From positions 1 through 64,000 of the forward strand of contig CAVUXE010000045.1 of NCBI GenBank assembly GCA_963745235.1: DNA of 64,000 bases, written 5' to 3'. The stretch comes from an uncultured Spirochaetota bacterium. GTDB taxonomy: Bacteria; Spirochaetota; Spirochaetia; SZUA-6; Fen-1364. Numbering within the stretch: the first letter of the stretch is position 1; the number at the start of each line of letters is the position of its first letter. Shown in pieces: positions 42,858 to 55,622 of this stretch. The position numbers were made by a program, and so were the translations under genes. The notes below the pieces were generated by a model. The model was not told the origin of the DNA. It saw nothing but the letters and a program-made list of their open reading frames with translations, and did not search any database.

Positions 42858-44045
42858 ATGACAGAGCAAGGCTTCTCAACCCGCGCCATTCACAAGGGGG
42901 ACCATGCGGACAGGTCCATGGTCACCAGGCCCAAGACAATGCCTCTCTACGAGACGTCGGTGTTCGTGTACGAAGACCTGGCGCAGGTGGACGATTTTCT
43001 CAGTGGCAACCGCGACAACTACATGTACACACGCCTGGGAAACCCCAACCAGCGGGCGCTCGAGCTTTGGGGAGCTTCCCTGGAGGGAGGAGAGGACGCG
43101 CACGTCTGCGCCTCCGGTATGGCGGCGCTCCTGGCTCTCCTGGGCTCGGAGTGCGGGGCAGGGGACGGAGTTGCTGCGGCAAGCGACATTTACGGCGGGA
43201 CGCACAGCCTGCTGGAAAAAGAGCTTTCCCGTTTCGGGATCGGGGCTCAGTTCCTTTCCGTGGAAGATCCGCGCGAGGTTGAGCGCGTCATGCGACCGGG
43301 AACGAAAATCCTCCTTGTGGAGACATCCTCCAATCCCCTGGTAAGAGTGGCGGATGTTCCAGCGCTTGCAGAGGCCGCGCACCGCAGAGGCGCGAAGCTC
43401 GTTGTCGACAACACCTTCCTTTCTCCCGTTCTCTTCCAGCCTCTGGCCCACGGGGCAGATGCGGTGGTGCATTCGACCACCAAATACATCAACGGTCACA
43501 GCGATGCCACCGGAGGCCTCATCGTGTCCGACCCGGAGTGGATTGCGCGGTGTCGGAGGTTCACGCAGAACGGCGGAGGGCTCCTCAGCCCGTTTGAAGC
43601 GTGGCTCACGCTGCGCGGGGCAAAGACGCTGTCGCTGCGCATGGAGCGGCATACGGCCAACGCGAAGGACATTGCGCGGTGGCTGGAGTCCCGGCCCGGC
43701 GTTGCGCGTGTGCATTACCCGAGCCTCCCGAGTCATCCCCATCACGCGCTTGCCGCGCGGCTTTTTCCGCGCGGCGCCGGCGGGATGATGGCCTTCGACC
43801 TTTCCGGGGGCTTGCAGGCGGCGGATGCGTTCATGAAGGGCCTTTCCTTCATCGCCTTTGCTCCGTCACTGGCCGGGGTTGCAACCACCATTTCGCACCC
43901 TGCCAAGACTTCCCACCGGGGGCTGTCCGAGGGCGAGCTTCAGAAGCTTGGCATCACGCAGGGCACAATACGTCTGAGCGTCGGCATCGAGGACGTGGAG
44001 GATATCAGAAGGGACCTCGACCAGGCGCTCGCACACGCCACCTGA
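42858..44045 (+). CDS. PLP-dependent trans-sulfuration enzyme (cystathionine gamma-synthase / methionine gamma-lyase family)
   Basis: YTRLGNP, SGMAA, VDNTF, HSTTKYINGHSD and IRLSVGIED. Confidence 0.93.
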   Translation: MTEQGFSTRAIHKGDHADRSMVTRPKTMPLYETSVFVYEDLAQVDDFLSGNRDNYMYTRLGNPNQRALELWGASLEGGEDAHVCASGMAALLALLGSECGAGDGVAAASDIYGGTHSLLEKELSRFGIGAQFLSVEDPREVERVMRPGTKILLVETSSNPLVRVADVPALAEAAHRRGAKLVVDNTFLSPVLFQPLAHGADAVVHSTTKYINGHSDATGGLIVSDPEWIARCRRFTQNGGGLLSPFEAWLTLRGAKTLSLRMERHTANAKDIARWLESRPGVARVHYPSLPSHPHHALAARLFPRGAGGMMAFDLSGGLQAADAFMKGLSFIAFAPSLAGVATTISHPAKTSHRGLSEGELQKLGITQGTIRLSVGIEDVEDIRRDLDQALAHAT

Positions 44046-44080
44046 TTCACCGTTGCGACGGTCCGGCCTTTGCTCAGGCA

Positions 44081-45613
44081 CTATGATTGAGCAGGCTGCG
44101 CTTCCGGTCGGTCGTCCGGGGCGGAAGGCTGCAGCCAGTTTCTGCCGTCCCGCGCGATGAGGGACGTGGCCGCTTCCGGCCCCCAGGTGCCCGCCGCGTA
44201 GTTGGGCATGTCCACGGGCTCCGCTGCCGCCCACGCCTCGAGGACAGGGGTGATGACCGCCCAGGCGGATTCCACCTGGTCCGCGCGCATGAACAGCGTG
44301 GCGTCTCCCCGCATCACGTCAAGGAGAAGGGTCTCGTAGGCTTCCGGCGGGGAAGCGTTGAAGGCCTCCTGGTAACCGAAGCTCATATCCACAGGGCTGA
44401 GCCGCAGCTCGGGCCCGGGATGCTTTGCCTGGAACCGAAGGCTGATCCCCTCTCGGGGCTGGATGCGCATCACCAGCCTGTTGGCCTGCCAGTCGATGGC
44501 CGCGGAGCCGGGGAAAGAGCGGTGGGGAACCGGGCGGAACTGGATGACCGCCTCGGACGACCGGGCGGGGAGGCGCTTGCCCGTGCGCAGGTAGAACGGC
44601 ACGTCCTGCCATCGCCAATTGTCCACGAAAAGCTTCACGGCGGCGAATGTCTCCGTCAGGGAGTGCGCCGATACCCCGGGCTCCTCGCGGTACGCCGCCG
44701 CGCGCTCTCCCTCCACCCATCCCCGGCCGTACTGGCCCCGCACGGCGAACTCGTGCACCCGATCTTCCGGGATGGGCCGCACGGCGCGCAGCACGTCCAC
44801 CTTCTTGTTCCTGATCTGATCTGCGTCGAAGCTCACCATCGGCTCCATGGCAACGAGGCAGAGGATCTGCAGGAGGTGGTTCTGGATCATGTCGCGCAAC
44901 GCGCCGGCGTGGTCATAGTAGCCACCCCTGTGCTCCACCCCGATCTGCTCGGCCACGGTGACCTGGACGTGGTCCACGTAGCGGCGGTCCCAGACCGGCT
45001 CGAACAGGCCGTTGGCGAACCGGAAGGCCAGGATGTTCTGGACGGTCTCTTTGCCAAGGTAGTGGTCAATGCGGAAGATCTGCTGTTCCTCGAAGGTCTT
45101 CCCGAGGAAGAGGTTCAGCTGCCGCGCAGACTCGAGGTCCCGCCCGAACGGCTTCTCCAGAACCACGCGCGCGCGCGAGCGATCGAGGCAAAGGCTCGCC
45201 TTTCCCAGCCCCTCCACCACGGTAGCCATGACGATGGGCGGCACGGCCAGGTAGAAGATGCGGTCTCCCGCGGCGCCCCACGCCTTTTCCTGGTCCGTCA
45301 GCACGCGGGCCAGGGACGCGAAAGTGCCGGGGTCCTTGAAGTCTCCCGTCACCAGGTGCATCGCGGCGGTGAGGGGCTCCCACACGGCGCTGTCCACCTT
45401 GCCGCGGCGGGAGAAGTGGTCAACGCCGTCGCCGAGGCGCGCGCGGAACGCCGCCTCTTCCATGGGCTTGCCGTCCACGCCTACCACCGCGAAGCGCTCA
45501 GGCAGCCGGCGGTCCAGCGCCAGGTTGTAAACCGCGGGGCCGAGCTTCCGCCATGCCAGATCGCCGGCCGCCCCGAAGATCACCAGGATAACGGGCTGAT
45601 TGTTCCGAGCCAA
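44081..45613 (-). CDS. zwf: Glucose-6-phosphate 1-dehydrogenase
   Basis: GAAGDLA, EKPFG and RIDHYLGKE; AGGAGG then TTG. Confidence 0.96.
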   Translation of the reverse strand: MARNNQPVILVIFGAAGDLAWRKLGPAVYNLALDRRLPERFAVVGVDGKPMEEAAFRARLGDGVDHFSRRGKVDSAVWEPLTAAMHLVTGDFKDPGTFASLARVLTDQEKAWGAAGDRIFYLAVPPIVMATVVEGLGKASLCLDRSRARVVLEKPFGRDLESARQLNLFLGKTFEEQQIFRIDHYLGKETVQNILAFRFANGLFEPVWDRRYVDHVQVTVAEQIGVEHRGGYYDHAGALRDMIQNHLLQILCLVAMEPMVSFDADQIRNKKVDVLRAVRPIPEDRVHEFAVRGQYGRGWVEGERAAAYREEPGVSAHSLTETFAAVKLFVDNWRWQDVPFYLRTGKRLPARSSEAVIQFRPVPHRSFPGSAAIDWQANRLVMRIQPREGISLRFQAKHPGPELRLSPVDMSFGYQEAFNASPPEAYETLLLDVMRGDATLFMRADQVESAWAVITPVLEAWAAAEPVDMPNYAAGTWGPEAATSLIARDGRNWLQPSAPDDRPEAQPAQS

Positions 45614-45653
45614 AGGCTCCTCCTTGCCGCCGCTTCCGGGAACGGCCCGCGGT

Positions 45654-46322
45654 TCAAGCGGTGAGCCCAGCGCGGCCCAGCGCCGAGCGGGTGGTCTCGA
45701 AATCCGTGTGGTGGATTCCCAGGATGCCCATCTGTCTGGCCACCTGCACGAACATGCGCCGGTCCTCGACATAGGCAACCTCCGTCGCGGGGACCTGGGC
45801 GATGTCGAGGGCAAGCCGGAAAATGTCGGTGTCCGGCTTTCGGATATGAACGAAGCAGGAGGAGACGAAGAAGTCCACGAACTCATTGAGCCTGAATGTG
45901 CGGATGCGGTGCTCGGTGAGCTCGCGTCCCTCGTTGCTCACCACCGCGACCTTCAGCCCATGGCGCGCTTTCAAGTTTCGCACGTAGTCCATCATCGGCG
46001 GGAGCGCCGTGGACTGGGCGAACATGAACTCCTTGAACTCAGCCGGAGTGAACGACCGCTGGGTATGGAAGACAACCCGGGAGAGATACTCGTCCAGGCT
46101 CAGCTTGCCTTCTTCGTAGGTGTCGAAAGTGAGATGGTGCCGCTCGTCCATCTCCTCCCGGTCAAGATGGTACGCCTCCGCCGCTCGATGCCGCTCTTCC
46201 CTTCCCCAGCCGTTGGACAGGAGCACACCGCCGATGTCCAGGAAAAGCGCCCGGATGGAGGCACTCCTCGAAGCGGAACCGGGCCGTGTTCGTGCTTTGG
46301 ACATCTCATTGAAAGTAATCAA
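45654..46322 (-). CDS. HAD family hydrolase
   Basis: LDIGGVL, VSN and RKPD motifs. Confidence 0.88.
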   Translation of the reverse strand: MITFNEMSKARTRPGSASRSASIRALFLDIGGVLLSNGWGREERHRAAEAYHLDREEMDERHHLTFDTYEEGKLSLDEYLSRVVFHTQRSFTPAEFKEFMFAQSTALPPMMDYVRNLKARHGLKVAVVSNEGRELTEHRIRTFRLNEFVDFFVSSCFVHIRKPDTDIFRLALDIAQVPATEVAYVEDRRMFVQVARQMGILGIHHTDFETTRSALGRAGLTA

Positions 46323-46462
46323 AAGTGAAAACGTTCGTCATTCTGCGCGTTTTTCAATAAGATAGTCGGGACGCCGCAGCGTCGCATCTGCTTGACGGCC
46401 GCTGATGAGCAGGCACACAGGAAACAGGAGGTCGTTATGTTGGGCGGGTGGAGAAGCGATTC

Positions 46463-47215
46463 GTGACTGATCCGAAACGGACTCTGGGTTCCGAGGTGCT
46501 CCTGGTTCTCGGCGTTTCCCTGGGATACAGCGCGGCATACTCAGTGACAGACCTCGTCGGAAAGCTTGTCGCAAGGAAGGCCCTTTCCGCACAGACAAGC
46601 ACTCTCAACCCGTCCCACGCTTCGGGCCACCCGTGGCTGGACCTGGCCTTTCAGCTTGTCGGCATTTTTTTTGGCGTAATTCCCGCCCTGCTCGCCCTCT
46701 ATCTGCTGAGACAGAAAGGGCCTGCTGACCCCATGGGTTTCAGGTCTCGGCGGATCGGTTTTGACGCATGGTCAGGCGTTGGGCTTGCCGCCGCCATCGG
46801 AATACCGGGGCTTGGGCTCTACCTTGCCTCGCGGGCGATTGGGATCAACACCACCGTGATTCCAGAGGCGCTGCCCCTTGTCTGGTGGACTGTGCCAGTC
46901 CTCCTGCTTTCGGCGGTTCAAAACGCCTTCCTGGAGGAAGTGGTTGCAGTAGGGTACCTGGTGAATCGCCTGCGAGAAATGTCTTGGGGCATTCCGGCGG
47001 CCGTTGCGGCAAGCGCCTTGCTTCGAGGTTCCTACCATCTCTACCAGGGTTTCGGCGGGTTCATCGGCAACACCGTCATGGGGGCGGTGTTCGCATTGTT
47101 CTTCATTCGCTTCAGGCGCGTGAGCCCGTTGATCGCTGCCCATTCGATTCTGGATTCCGCAGCTTTCATCGGGTACGCTTTCCTGCACGGTCATCTGGGC
47201 GCACTTGGCATATGA
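46463..47215 (+). CDS. CPBP (Abi) intramembrane metalloprotease
   Basis: LEEV, RGSYHLYQG and AAHSILD. Confidence 0.88.
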   Translation: MTDPKRTLGSEVLLVLGVSLGYSAAYSVTDLVGKLVARKALSAQTSTLNPSHASGHPWLDLAFQLVGIFFGVIPALLALYLLRQKGPADPMGFRSRRIGFDAWSGVGLAAAIGIPGLGLYLASRAIGINTTVIPEALPLVWWTVPVLLLSAVQNAFLEEVVAVGYLVNRLREMSWGIPAAVAASALLRGSYHLYQGFGGFIGNTVMGAVFALFFIRFRRVSPLIAAHSILDSAAFIGYAFLHGHLGALGI

Positions 47216-47263
47216 GCGCCCAGATGACAGCAGATGAAGGGAACAAACTGAAGGGGGCGGATC

Positions 47264-48238
47264 ATGAAGACCATAGCAATTGAGGAGCATTTTTCCATTC
47301 CTGCTTTTGGCGGGAGCGGGACGGGCTCTTCCCGAGGCGGACCAGAAGGACAGTACATGGCGGAGATGAACAGGAAGCTGCTCGACCTCGACCAGGGCAG
47401 GCTTGCGGACATGGACGCCGCGGGGATCGACATGCAGGTGCTCTCACTTTCGGCAGTCGGGGAGGGCACGGCGGAGGGCGCGCCGGCCGCCGCCCTCGTT
47501 CGCAGCGCGAACGATATTCTGTCCGACGCCATCCGCCGGCAGCCTCGCCGCTACGCCGGATTTGCCGCCCTGTCGTTGCAGGATCCGCAAGGTGCCGCTG
47601 ATGAGCTGGAACGGTGCGTCACAAGGCTCGGGCTCGTCGGGGCCATGATCGACGGAACCATTGACGGGCAGTTCCTGGATAACCGACGTTTTGAGCCTGT
47701 GCTTGCCGCGGCCGAACGGCTCGGGGTCCCCCTCTATCTCCACCCCGCTCCGCCGCCCAAGGCAATCTACCAGGCGTACTACAGCGGGTTGCCCGAGGCG
47801 GTGAGCTTTTCACTTTCCATCGCCGGCTGGGGCTGGCACGTTGAAACGGGCCTTCACAGCCTCAGGATGGTCGTGGCGGGAGTGTTTGACAGGTTCCCGA
47901 ACCTGCAGGTCATTATCGGACACATGGGTGAGCTCATTCCCTATTGTCTCGCTCGATCTGACATGATCCTGAGCCGCGCGGCTCCCCACCTGCAGCGCAG
48001 GGTGAGTGACTATTTCCGCACCAATTTCCACTTCACCACCAGCGGGTATTTCACCATACCGCCTCTTCTCTGCGCGCTCATGGTTTTTGGCGCGGAGAAG
48101 ATGCTTTTTGCAGTGGACTATCCCTACAGCCCCAATGCCGCGGGCCGTGGGCTGCTCAATACCGCTCCGATAAGCCCGTCGGATCTGGCAAAGATCTCGC
48201 ACGAAAACGCGGAGCGGGTGCTGAAGCTTCCCGCGTGA
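47264..48238 (+). CDS. Amidohydrolase_2 family protein (decarboxylase/hydrolase)
   Basis: IAIEEH, YLHP, GHMGE and FAVDYPY. Confidence 0.9.
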   Translation: MKTIAIEEHFSIPAFGGSGTGSSRGGPEGQYMAEMNRKLLDLDQGRLADMDAAGIDMQVLSLSAVGEGTAEGAPAAALVRSANDILSDAIRRQPRRYAGFAALSLQDPQGAADELERCVTRLGLVGAMIDGTIDGQFLDNRRFEPVLAAAERLGVPLYLHPAPPPKAIYQAYYSGLPEAVSFSLSIAGWGWHVETGLHSLRMVVAGVFDRFPNLQVIIGHMGELIPYCLARSDMILSRAAPHLQRRVSDYFRTNFHFTTSGYFTIPPLLCALMVFGAEKMLFAVDYPYSPNAAGRGLLNTAPISPSDLAKISHENAERVLKLPA

Positions 48239-48273
48239 ATGACCGCGGGGCGCGGAGCCTCAGGATTGCCAGC

Positions 48274-48603
48274 TCAGGGGAAGAGCTCTTTGAGCGCTTG
48301 AGAAGCGGCGTAGATGCTGCCAACACCCGCCAGGTGACAGGTCACCCGCAGTACCTCGGCTATTTCTTCCTTTGTCGCTCCCGCATTTACCGCGGACTGC
48401 GCCAGAGATCGTACTCCGCTCACGGCGCCGTGGGACGCGTCAAAAGCCATCGCGATGAGCAACTTGATCTTTCTCGGCAGGGCGCCATCTGAATAGACCA
48501 GGCTATCCCCGCTTTTCATGTGGTCCATGAACACGGGATCGATTTTCATCATCGTCGTGAGAAACGACGATCCCTGGAGCTGGTCTTTGGGATTTTCCGG
48601 CAT
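48274..48603 (-). CDS. Carboxymuconolactone decarboxylase / AhpD-like protein
   Basis: GALPRKIKLLIA...GATKEEIAE. Confidence 0.85.
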   Translation of the reverse strand: MPENPKDQLQGSSFLTTMMKIDPVFMDHMKSGDSLVYSDGALPRKIKLLIAMAFDASHGAVSGVRSLAQSAVNAGATKEEIAEVLRVTCHLAGVGSIYAASQALKELFP

Positions 48604-48678
48604 GGAGAGCCTCCTTTGAGTTGTGCGTGAACGACCAATCCTCACAAGCTCCTCGGCAGATGTCAAGGAGGTTGAAGG

Positions 48679-49386
48679 TCACAGCCCCAGGTAGGCTTTT
48701 CTCACGTTCTCGTTGCCAGCGACGTCCGCGGAGGTGCCGGAAAGCACGATGGTGCCCGTCTGCAGGACGTAGGCGCGGTGCGCGACCCTGAGCGCCATCA
48801 GCGCGTTCTGCTCCACCAGGAGGATGGTGGTCCCCTTCGCGTTGAGCTCCTTGATGACGTCGAAGATCTGGTCCACGAGCACGGGGGCAAGCCCCATGGA
48901 GGGCTCGTCCATGAGGAGGATCTGCGGATGGGACATGAGGCCGCGGGCGGTTGCGAGCATCTGCTGCTCGCCGCCGGAGAGGGTGCCGCCCTTCTGATTC
49001 TCCCGCTCCTTGAGGCGGGGGAAGAGCGTGAAGGCGTACTCGATACCGTCCTGGATCTCGGCCTTGTCCTTGAGGATGTAGGCGCCCATCTCGAGGTTCT
49101 CCAGCACGGTGAGGCGCGGGAAGATGCTGCGGCCCTCCGGCACCATGCCGATGCCCCTCTGGTGAACCACGTGGGGGGCCAGCTGCGTGATGTCCGCTCC
49201 GTTGAGGAGGACCTTGCCCTCGCCGCGGGTGAAGGAGGCCGGAGATGGAGCGCAGGGTGGTGGTCTTGCCCGCGCCGTTCGCGCCGATGAGGGTGACGAT
49301 CTCGCCCTCCTCAACCGTGAGCGAAACGCCCTTGAGCGCGTGGATGTTGCCGTAGTAGGAGTGGATGCCGTCCAGTTCCAGGAGGC

Positions 49387-49390
<4 letters not shown>
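48679..49390 (-). CDS. livF: Branched-chain amino acid ABC ATPase (frameshift)
   Basis: [18 protein letters not shown] and DEPSMGLAP. Confidence 0.9.
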
Positions 49391-50253
<863 letters not shown>

Positions 50254-50286
50254 CCGTTGTCTCGTCCGCCGCGTCTGCCTTCGTCG

Positions 50287-51634
50287 TCATCGGCCCTTGA
50301 GCTCGCGCTTGCGCCGCGCCGCGGGAAGGATGCCCGCCGGCCGGTAGATCATCATGAGGACGAGGATGATGCCGAACACCAGGCGCTGGTACTTGGAGGG
50401 GTCGAGCTGGTTGGAGAGGTCCTTCCAGTGGAAGTTGATGATCGGGATCACCGCGTCGCTCTGCCGGAGCTGCGCGAGGAAGAGCGAGAAGCTCTGCAGC
50501 ACCTGCAGGTTGAGGAGGGTGACCACCGCCGCGCCGATGATCACTCCGGGGATGCTGCCGATGCCGCCGAGGATGACCATGGTGAGCACGCTCACCGACT
50601 GCGAGGAAGCGTGAAGGATTCGGGGCTGACGAAGGTGCGGCTCGCGGCGAAGAGCACGCCCATGGCCCCGGCGAAGGAGGCGCCGACCGCGAAGGCGCCG
50701 AGCTTGAGCCTGTTCGCCGGGATGCCCATGGCGGTGGCGGCGAGCTCGTCCTCGCGGATGGCCGCCCAGGCCCGCCCGATCTTGGAGTCGTCCAGGCGGT
50801 ACGTGACGATGATCACGGCGACCACCACGAGGACGGCGATGAGGTAGAACAGGATGTTGTAGAACTGGTTGGCCGTCACCGGGTGCCCGACCAGCGGCTC
50901 GAAGAGCGGTTGAAGAAGGCGAGGAGCTCCTGGGCAGGGTCGGCCGCTGGATCGGCGTGATGCCCTGGGGCCCGTTCGTGAGGTTGAGGGGCTTGTCGAG
51001 GTTGTTCGCGAGCTGGCGGACGATCTCGCCGAAGCCCAGGGTGATGATGGCCAGGTAGTCGCCGCGGACGCGCAGCACCGGGCAGGCCGAGGATGAGGCC
51101 GACGATGGCCGCCACGATGATCGCCGAGGAACATGAAGAGGTAGAACCAGTCGGGCGCCAGGAAGAAGGGCGTGCCGGGCGGCGCGGTGCCGGGTATCGC
51201 GTGGAGGAGGAAGGGCTGCTGGGAGCCGAAGAAGCCCCAGAGGTAGGCGCCCACCGCGTAGAAGGCCATGTAGCCGAAGTTGAGCAGGCCGGAGAAGCCC
51301 ACCACGATATTGAGGCCCGAGGGCCAGGGCCGAGAAGACCGCGATCTGGAAGATGACCTCCAGGTAGAAGATGTTGCGCGCGCCCGAGGATCGGCACGAG
51401 GACCACCGCGACGAGGACGGCCAGGGCGAGCTGTGCCGGCTTCTTCATGTCGCAGGAAGTAGGCGAGCGACGCTGCCGCCGACGAAGAGGAGGAAGGCGG
51501 GGATGGACCGCGGGCTCAGGTAGACGAGGACGAACCCTGCGGCGATGACAGCGCCGGTCAGCGAGTACGGCGTGGCGCCCCTGTTGCAGGACGCCGAGGA
51601 AGCGGCGCGCCATGTCCCGAAGCGTGGTTCTCAC
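50287..51634 (-). CDS. livM: Branched-chain amino acid ABC permease (many frameshifts)
   Basis: [34 protein letters not shown] and YRPAG. Confidence 0.85.
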
Positions 51635-51644
51635 CTCGCACCCC

Positions 51645-52836
51645 CTATGCCTTCTGCGAGACCTGCTCGCCGAGCAGTCCCGAGGGGCGGAAGATGATGA
51701 CGATGATCAGCACCAGGAAGGCGATGATATCCTTGTACTCGGACCCGAAGGCGCCCCTGGTGAAAGTTCCGAGGTAGGCGCCCGCGAAGCTCTCGAGCAT
51801 GCCAAGGACAATGCCGCCCAGGAGGGCGCCGGTGAGGTTGCCGATGCCGCCGAGGACGGCGGCGGTGAAGGCCTTGATGCCCGGGCATGAAGCCGACGAA
51901 GGGGTCGATGCGCGTGAACTTGAGGGCGTACAGGACGCCCGCCGCGCCGCCGAGGGCGCCGCCCATGAGGAAGGTGAAGGAGATGATCGCGTTGACGCCG
52001 ATGCCCATGAGGGCGGCGGTGGTGCGGTCCTGGGCCACCGAGCGGATGGCCTTGCCGATCTTGCGTCGCGTTGACGATGTAGTTGAGGCCGACCAGCATG
52101 AGGACGGCCGCGCCGATGACGACGAGCGACTTGACCTGGATGTCGACGCAGGGTGGCGTCCTGCCCGGTCGGGAGGGAGAAGAGGGGCAGGCGCTTGTCG
52201 AAATTGCCGAAGGTCGGGAATGACCCGGTAGAACTGGCCCGTCGTGAGGCTCTCCACGAGGCGGATGATGTCCTGCAGGGCGAAGGAGACGCCGATGGCC
52301 GAGATGAGGGGCACGAGCTGGGGCGAGTTGCGCAGGGGCCGGTAGGCCGTCCGCTCCACGAGCATGGCCATGCCGCCCGCGGCGGCCATGGCGACCGACG
52401 AGGGCGAGGGTGAGATAGAGGTAGGAGCCCATGGGGCCGGCGGCCTTGCAAGCACGCCGAGCTTGTCCATCGCGATGAGGAACTCCACGCCCGCGAAGGC
52501 GCCGATCGCGAAGATCTCGCTGAATGGGCGAAGTTGATGAACTCGAGGACGCCATAGACCATGGTGTAGCCCAGGGCGATGGCGGCGTAGACGAAGCCGA
52601 GGGTCACGCCGTCGATGAGGACCTGGGGCAGGTTGTTGAGGGTGTAGGCGACGATGCTGACGCCCTGCGTGTCATGGAGGAGCTTGTCCGCCCCCGAACC
52701 CTGCGCAGAGGAGGGCGAGGACGAACATCAGCGCGGAAAAGAGCGCGCCCGCGCCGGCGACGAAGACCGCCATCCTGCCCAGGGGCAGGAAGATCTCCCG
52801 CAGAGCGCGATCCGAGCTCTCATGGATCTTTCGCAT
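51645..52836 (-). CDS. livH: Branched-chain amino acid ABC permease (many frameshifts)
   Basis: ALGYTMVYG...INFAH, KAFTAAVLGGIG and FRPSGLLG. Confidence 0.85.
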
Positions 52837-52897
52837 AGCGAGCCTCCACCCGGAGACCGGGGAACGGAGCGTCTCACCGCATCCTGGTCCCGAAAGG

Positions 52898-52931
52898 CCC
52901 CCGCCCCGCGGAGACTCCGCGGGAGCAGGGG
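52898..52931. terminator. GC-rich hairpin between livK and livH
   Basis: CCCGCGGAG-A-CTCCGCGGG core with flanking CCCC/GGGG. Confidence 0.5.
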
Positions 52932-52947
52932 CGAGCAACGGTTGAGA

Positions 52948-54146
52948 TCAGCCACTGCGGAGGAGCGATGTCCAGGGTCTGGTCGATCTTGTTGGCCGAC
53001 CACTTGGCGGGATCTGCCGAGGTGACCTGGATGATGAAGTACTTGGCCTTGGTGAGGTCGCCCTTGGCGTTGAAGTTGATGGTGCCGGTGATGCCCTTGA
53101 AGTCCTTGAGGGCGCGGACCGCCTTGGCGACATCGGCGCGGGCGGGCAGCTTGTTGCCGGCGGCCATCGGCGGCGTTCTCGATGGCCTTGAGGGCGATGG
53201 CCGCGCAGTCGTAGGACTGGGCGGCGAAGGGCTGGGGCTCGGCGCCGAACTTGGCCTTGAAGTCGGTGATGAACTTGGCGGTGCCGGGGTAGACGCTCGC
53301 GGGGCCGGAGACCGTGGAGTAGTAGGTGCCCGCGCCCTTCAGGAGGGCGTCGCCGCCGATCTTGGCGGCGTCGGAGGAATCGAAGCCGTCGTCGGAGAGG
53401 AACATGCCCTTGAAGCCCTTCTGGCGGGCCTGCTTGAAGAGGACGGCGGCCTGGTCGAACATGCCGCCGAAGTAGATGACCTGGGGCTTGGCGGCGAGGA
53501 TGGGCGAGAGGATGGAGTCGAAGTTGGCCTTCTCCTCGGTGCCGTCGAAGCCGAGCACCTTGATGCCCGAGCTTCTCGGCCTCGTTCTTGAAGTACTCGG
53601 CGATGCCCTGGCCGTAGGCGGTCTTGTCGTGGAGGACGTAGGCGCGTCTTGATGCCCTTGGTGGCGGCGAACTGGGCGCCCACCGCGCCCTGGACGTCGT
53701 CGCGGCCGCAGACGCGGTTGACTTCCAGCGTAGCCGCGATCGGTGACCTTGGGGTTGGTGTTGGCGGGGGAGACGTTGACGAGGCCGGCGGCGTGGTACT
53801 CCTCGGAGGAGGGGATCTGGACGCCGGAATTGTAGTGGCCGACGACCGCGAGGATGGCCGGGTCGGCGACGATGCTCTTGGCGTTGGCAACGCCGGTGTC
53901 CGGGTTGCCCTGGTCGTCGAAGGGCGCGAGCTCGACCTTGAACCCCATCTTGGCCAGGGGTCCGGAAAGCTGCTCGACGGCGAGCTGGGCGCCGTTCTTG
54001 ATGTCGGTGCCGACGGCGGACATGCCGCCGGAGAGCGGGCTCTGGGTGGCGATCTTGATGACCTTGGGAGCGGGGGCTCCGCACCCGGCGAGCACGAGGC
54101 CCGCAAGGGCAAGTATTGCAAGAAAGAGAAAGACGGACTTTCGCAT
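52948..54146 (-). CDS. livK: Branched-chain amino acid ABC substrate-binding lipoprotein (frameshifts)
   Basis: Lipobox LAGC; PLSG, VVGHYNSG, DKTAYGQG and GITGTINF. Confidence 0.88.
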
Positions 54147-54485
54147 GGGTTCTTCCTCCTTAGAAGCTGGCTTTGAATCTTGTTTTTTCAAGACAGGAGC
54201 CGCGTGATTCCGGCGCGGATCCCGCTGCGAGGTGGCTGGTCTCTATAGTTCCGGCGCCCCTCCTTCCAGAGTTCGGGCACGTTCCCTGCCCTGGTCTCAT
54301 TCACCTGCGCTGCACCGGCGTTCGACGAGCCCGCAGAGGATGCGGGAGTCTAGACGCTGGAGGCCAGGACGTCAAGATTGCGTTCTACTCCGCCGCGATG
54401 GCCTTCTTTGGACAGCACATTACATTCTTAGAATAATCCCTTCGGGGGCCGAACGGAAAGGATTTTGTCGGGAAGGAGGCGAGCG

Positions 54486-55599
54486 ATGAGAGAAACCGCG
54501 GAACAGGTCATTACCGAAATCGAGATCAGGCGCTTTACCATCCCGTTGCGCGGGTCGGTTCAGATCTCCACCATGAACATGGAACGCGCGGAGAACCTGC
54601 TGGTAAAGCTTGTCAGCAGCGACGGTGTATGCGGCTGGGGAGAAGCATCACCCATGCGGTCCATCACGGGAGAAACGCAGGCGATTGACCTTGCGGCCGC
54701 GGCAGAGCTGAGGACGCTCCTCCTGGGCAGAAACCCGCTGGCCATCGGCGCCTTGTCAGCCTTGATGGCCCGGCATCTCCCTCACAATACGACCATCCGA
54801 AGCGCGTTCGATATGGCGCTCTATGACATCGCCTCACGGTACGCCTCCATGCCCTTGTACCGGTTCCTTGGAGGGGAGCAACGCGACCTGGAAACCGACA
54901 TTACCATCTATATCGGTGATCCTGGCGAAGCAGGTGCGCGGGCTGAGCAGCTCCTCCGCGCCGGTTTCCGCGTCATCAAGGTCAAGGTAGGGCTCGATCG
55001 GGGAGACGACCTCAAGAGGGTTGATGTGATTCGCCGGGCAATCGGCAAGACGCCGAGACTGCGAATAGACGCGAACCAGGCGTGGGGCCGGACCGGCCGC
55101 CTTGAGCATGCTCCGTTCTCTGGAGGAGCATTCGATCGAGTTCTGCGAGCAGCCCTGCCTTGCCGCTGACCTCAGGACCCTGAAGTTCCTTTCCGCGAAC
55201 AGCCCCATCCCGATCATGGCGGATGAATCCCTCTTCAGCCCGCAGGATGCCCTTGCACTGGATCGCGACGATGTCGTGCCCTATTTCAATATCAAACTGA
55301 GCAAATCCGGTGGACTCTACCAGGCCCAGCGGATTGCGCACATTGCTGCCGCGGGCGGACGGGTCTGCATGATAGGAGGCATGTCCGAGTCCCGCCTGGG
55401 AGTGACGGCGGCAGCGCATTTTGCCCTGGCCAACCCGATAGTCGAGTTCTGCGATCTCGATTCTTTCTATGAGCACCGGGACGATCCGATCCACGGAGGG
55501 TTGACCATTCGAGACGGGAAGGTAATTGTCCCCGACGAACCCGGGATAGGCGCCGTGCCGGATGAGTCATATCTTGCATCTCCCCCCGCCCGCGTATAG
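54486..55599 (+). CDS. Dipeptide epimerase (enolase superfamily; frameshift ~55090)
   Basis: GWGEA, KVKVG, RIDAN, EQP, MADES, NIKLSK and DLD. Confidence 0.88.
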
Positions 55600-55622
55600 G
55601 ATCGCCTCCGGGCAGCTGAGTC

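Noticed and set aside
46324-46342. LacI/cre-like site TGAAAACGTTCGTCA upstream of HAD-zwf
   Set aside because: Imperfect symmetry and no cognate regulator nearby.
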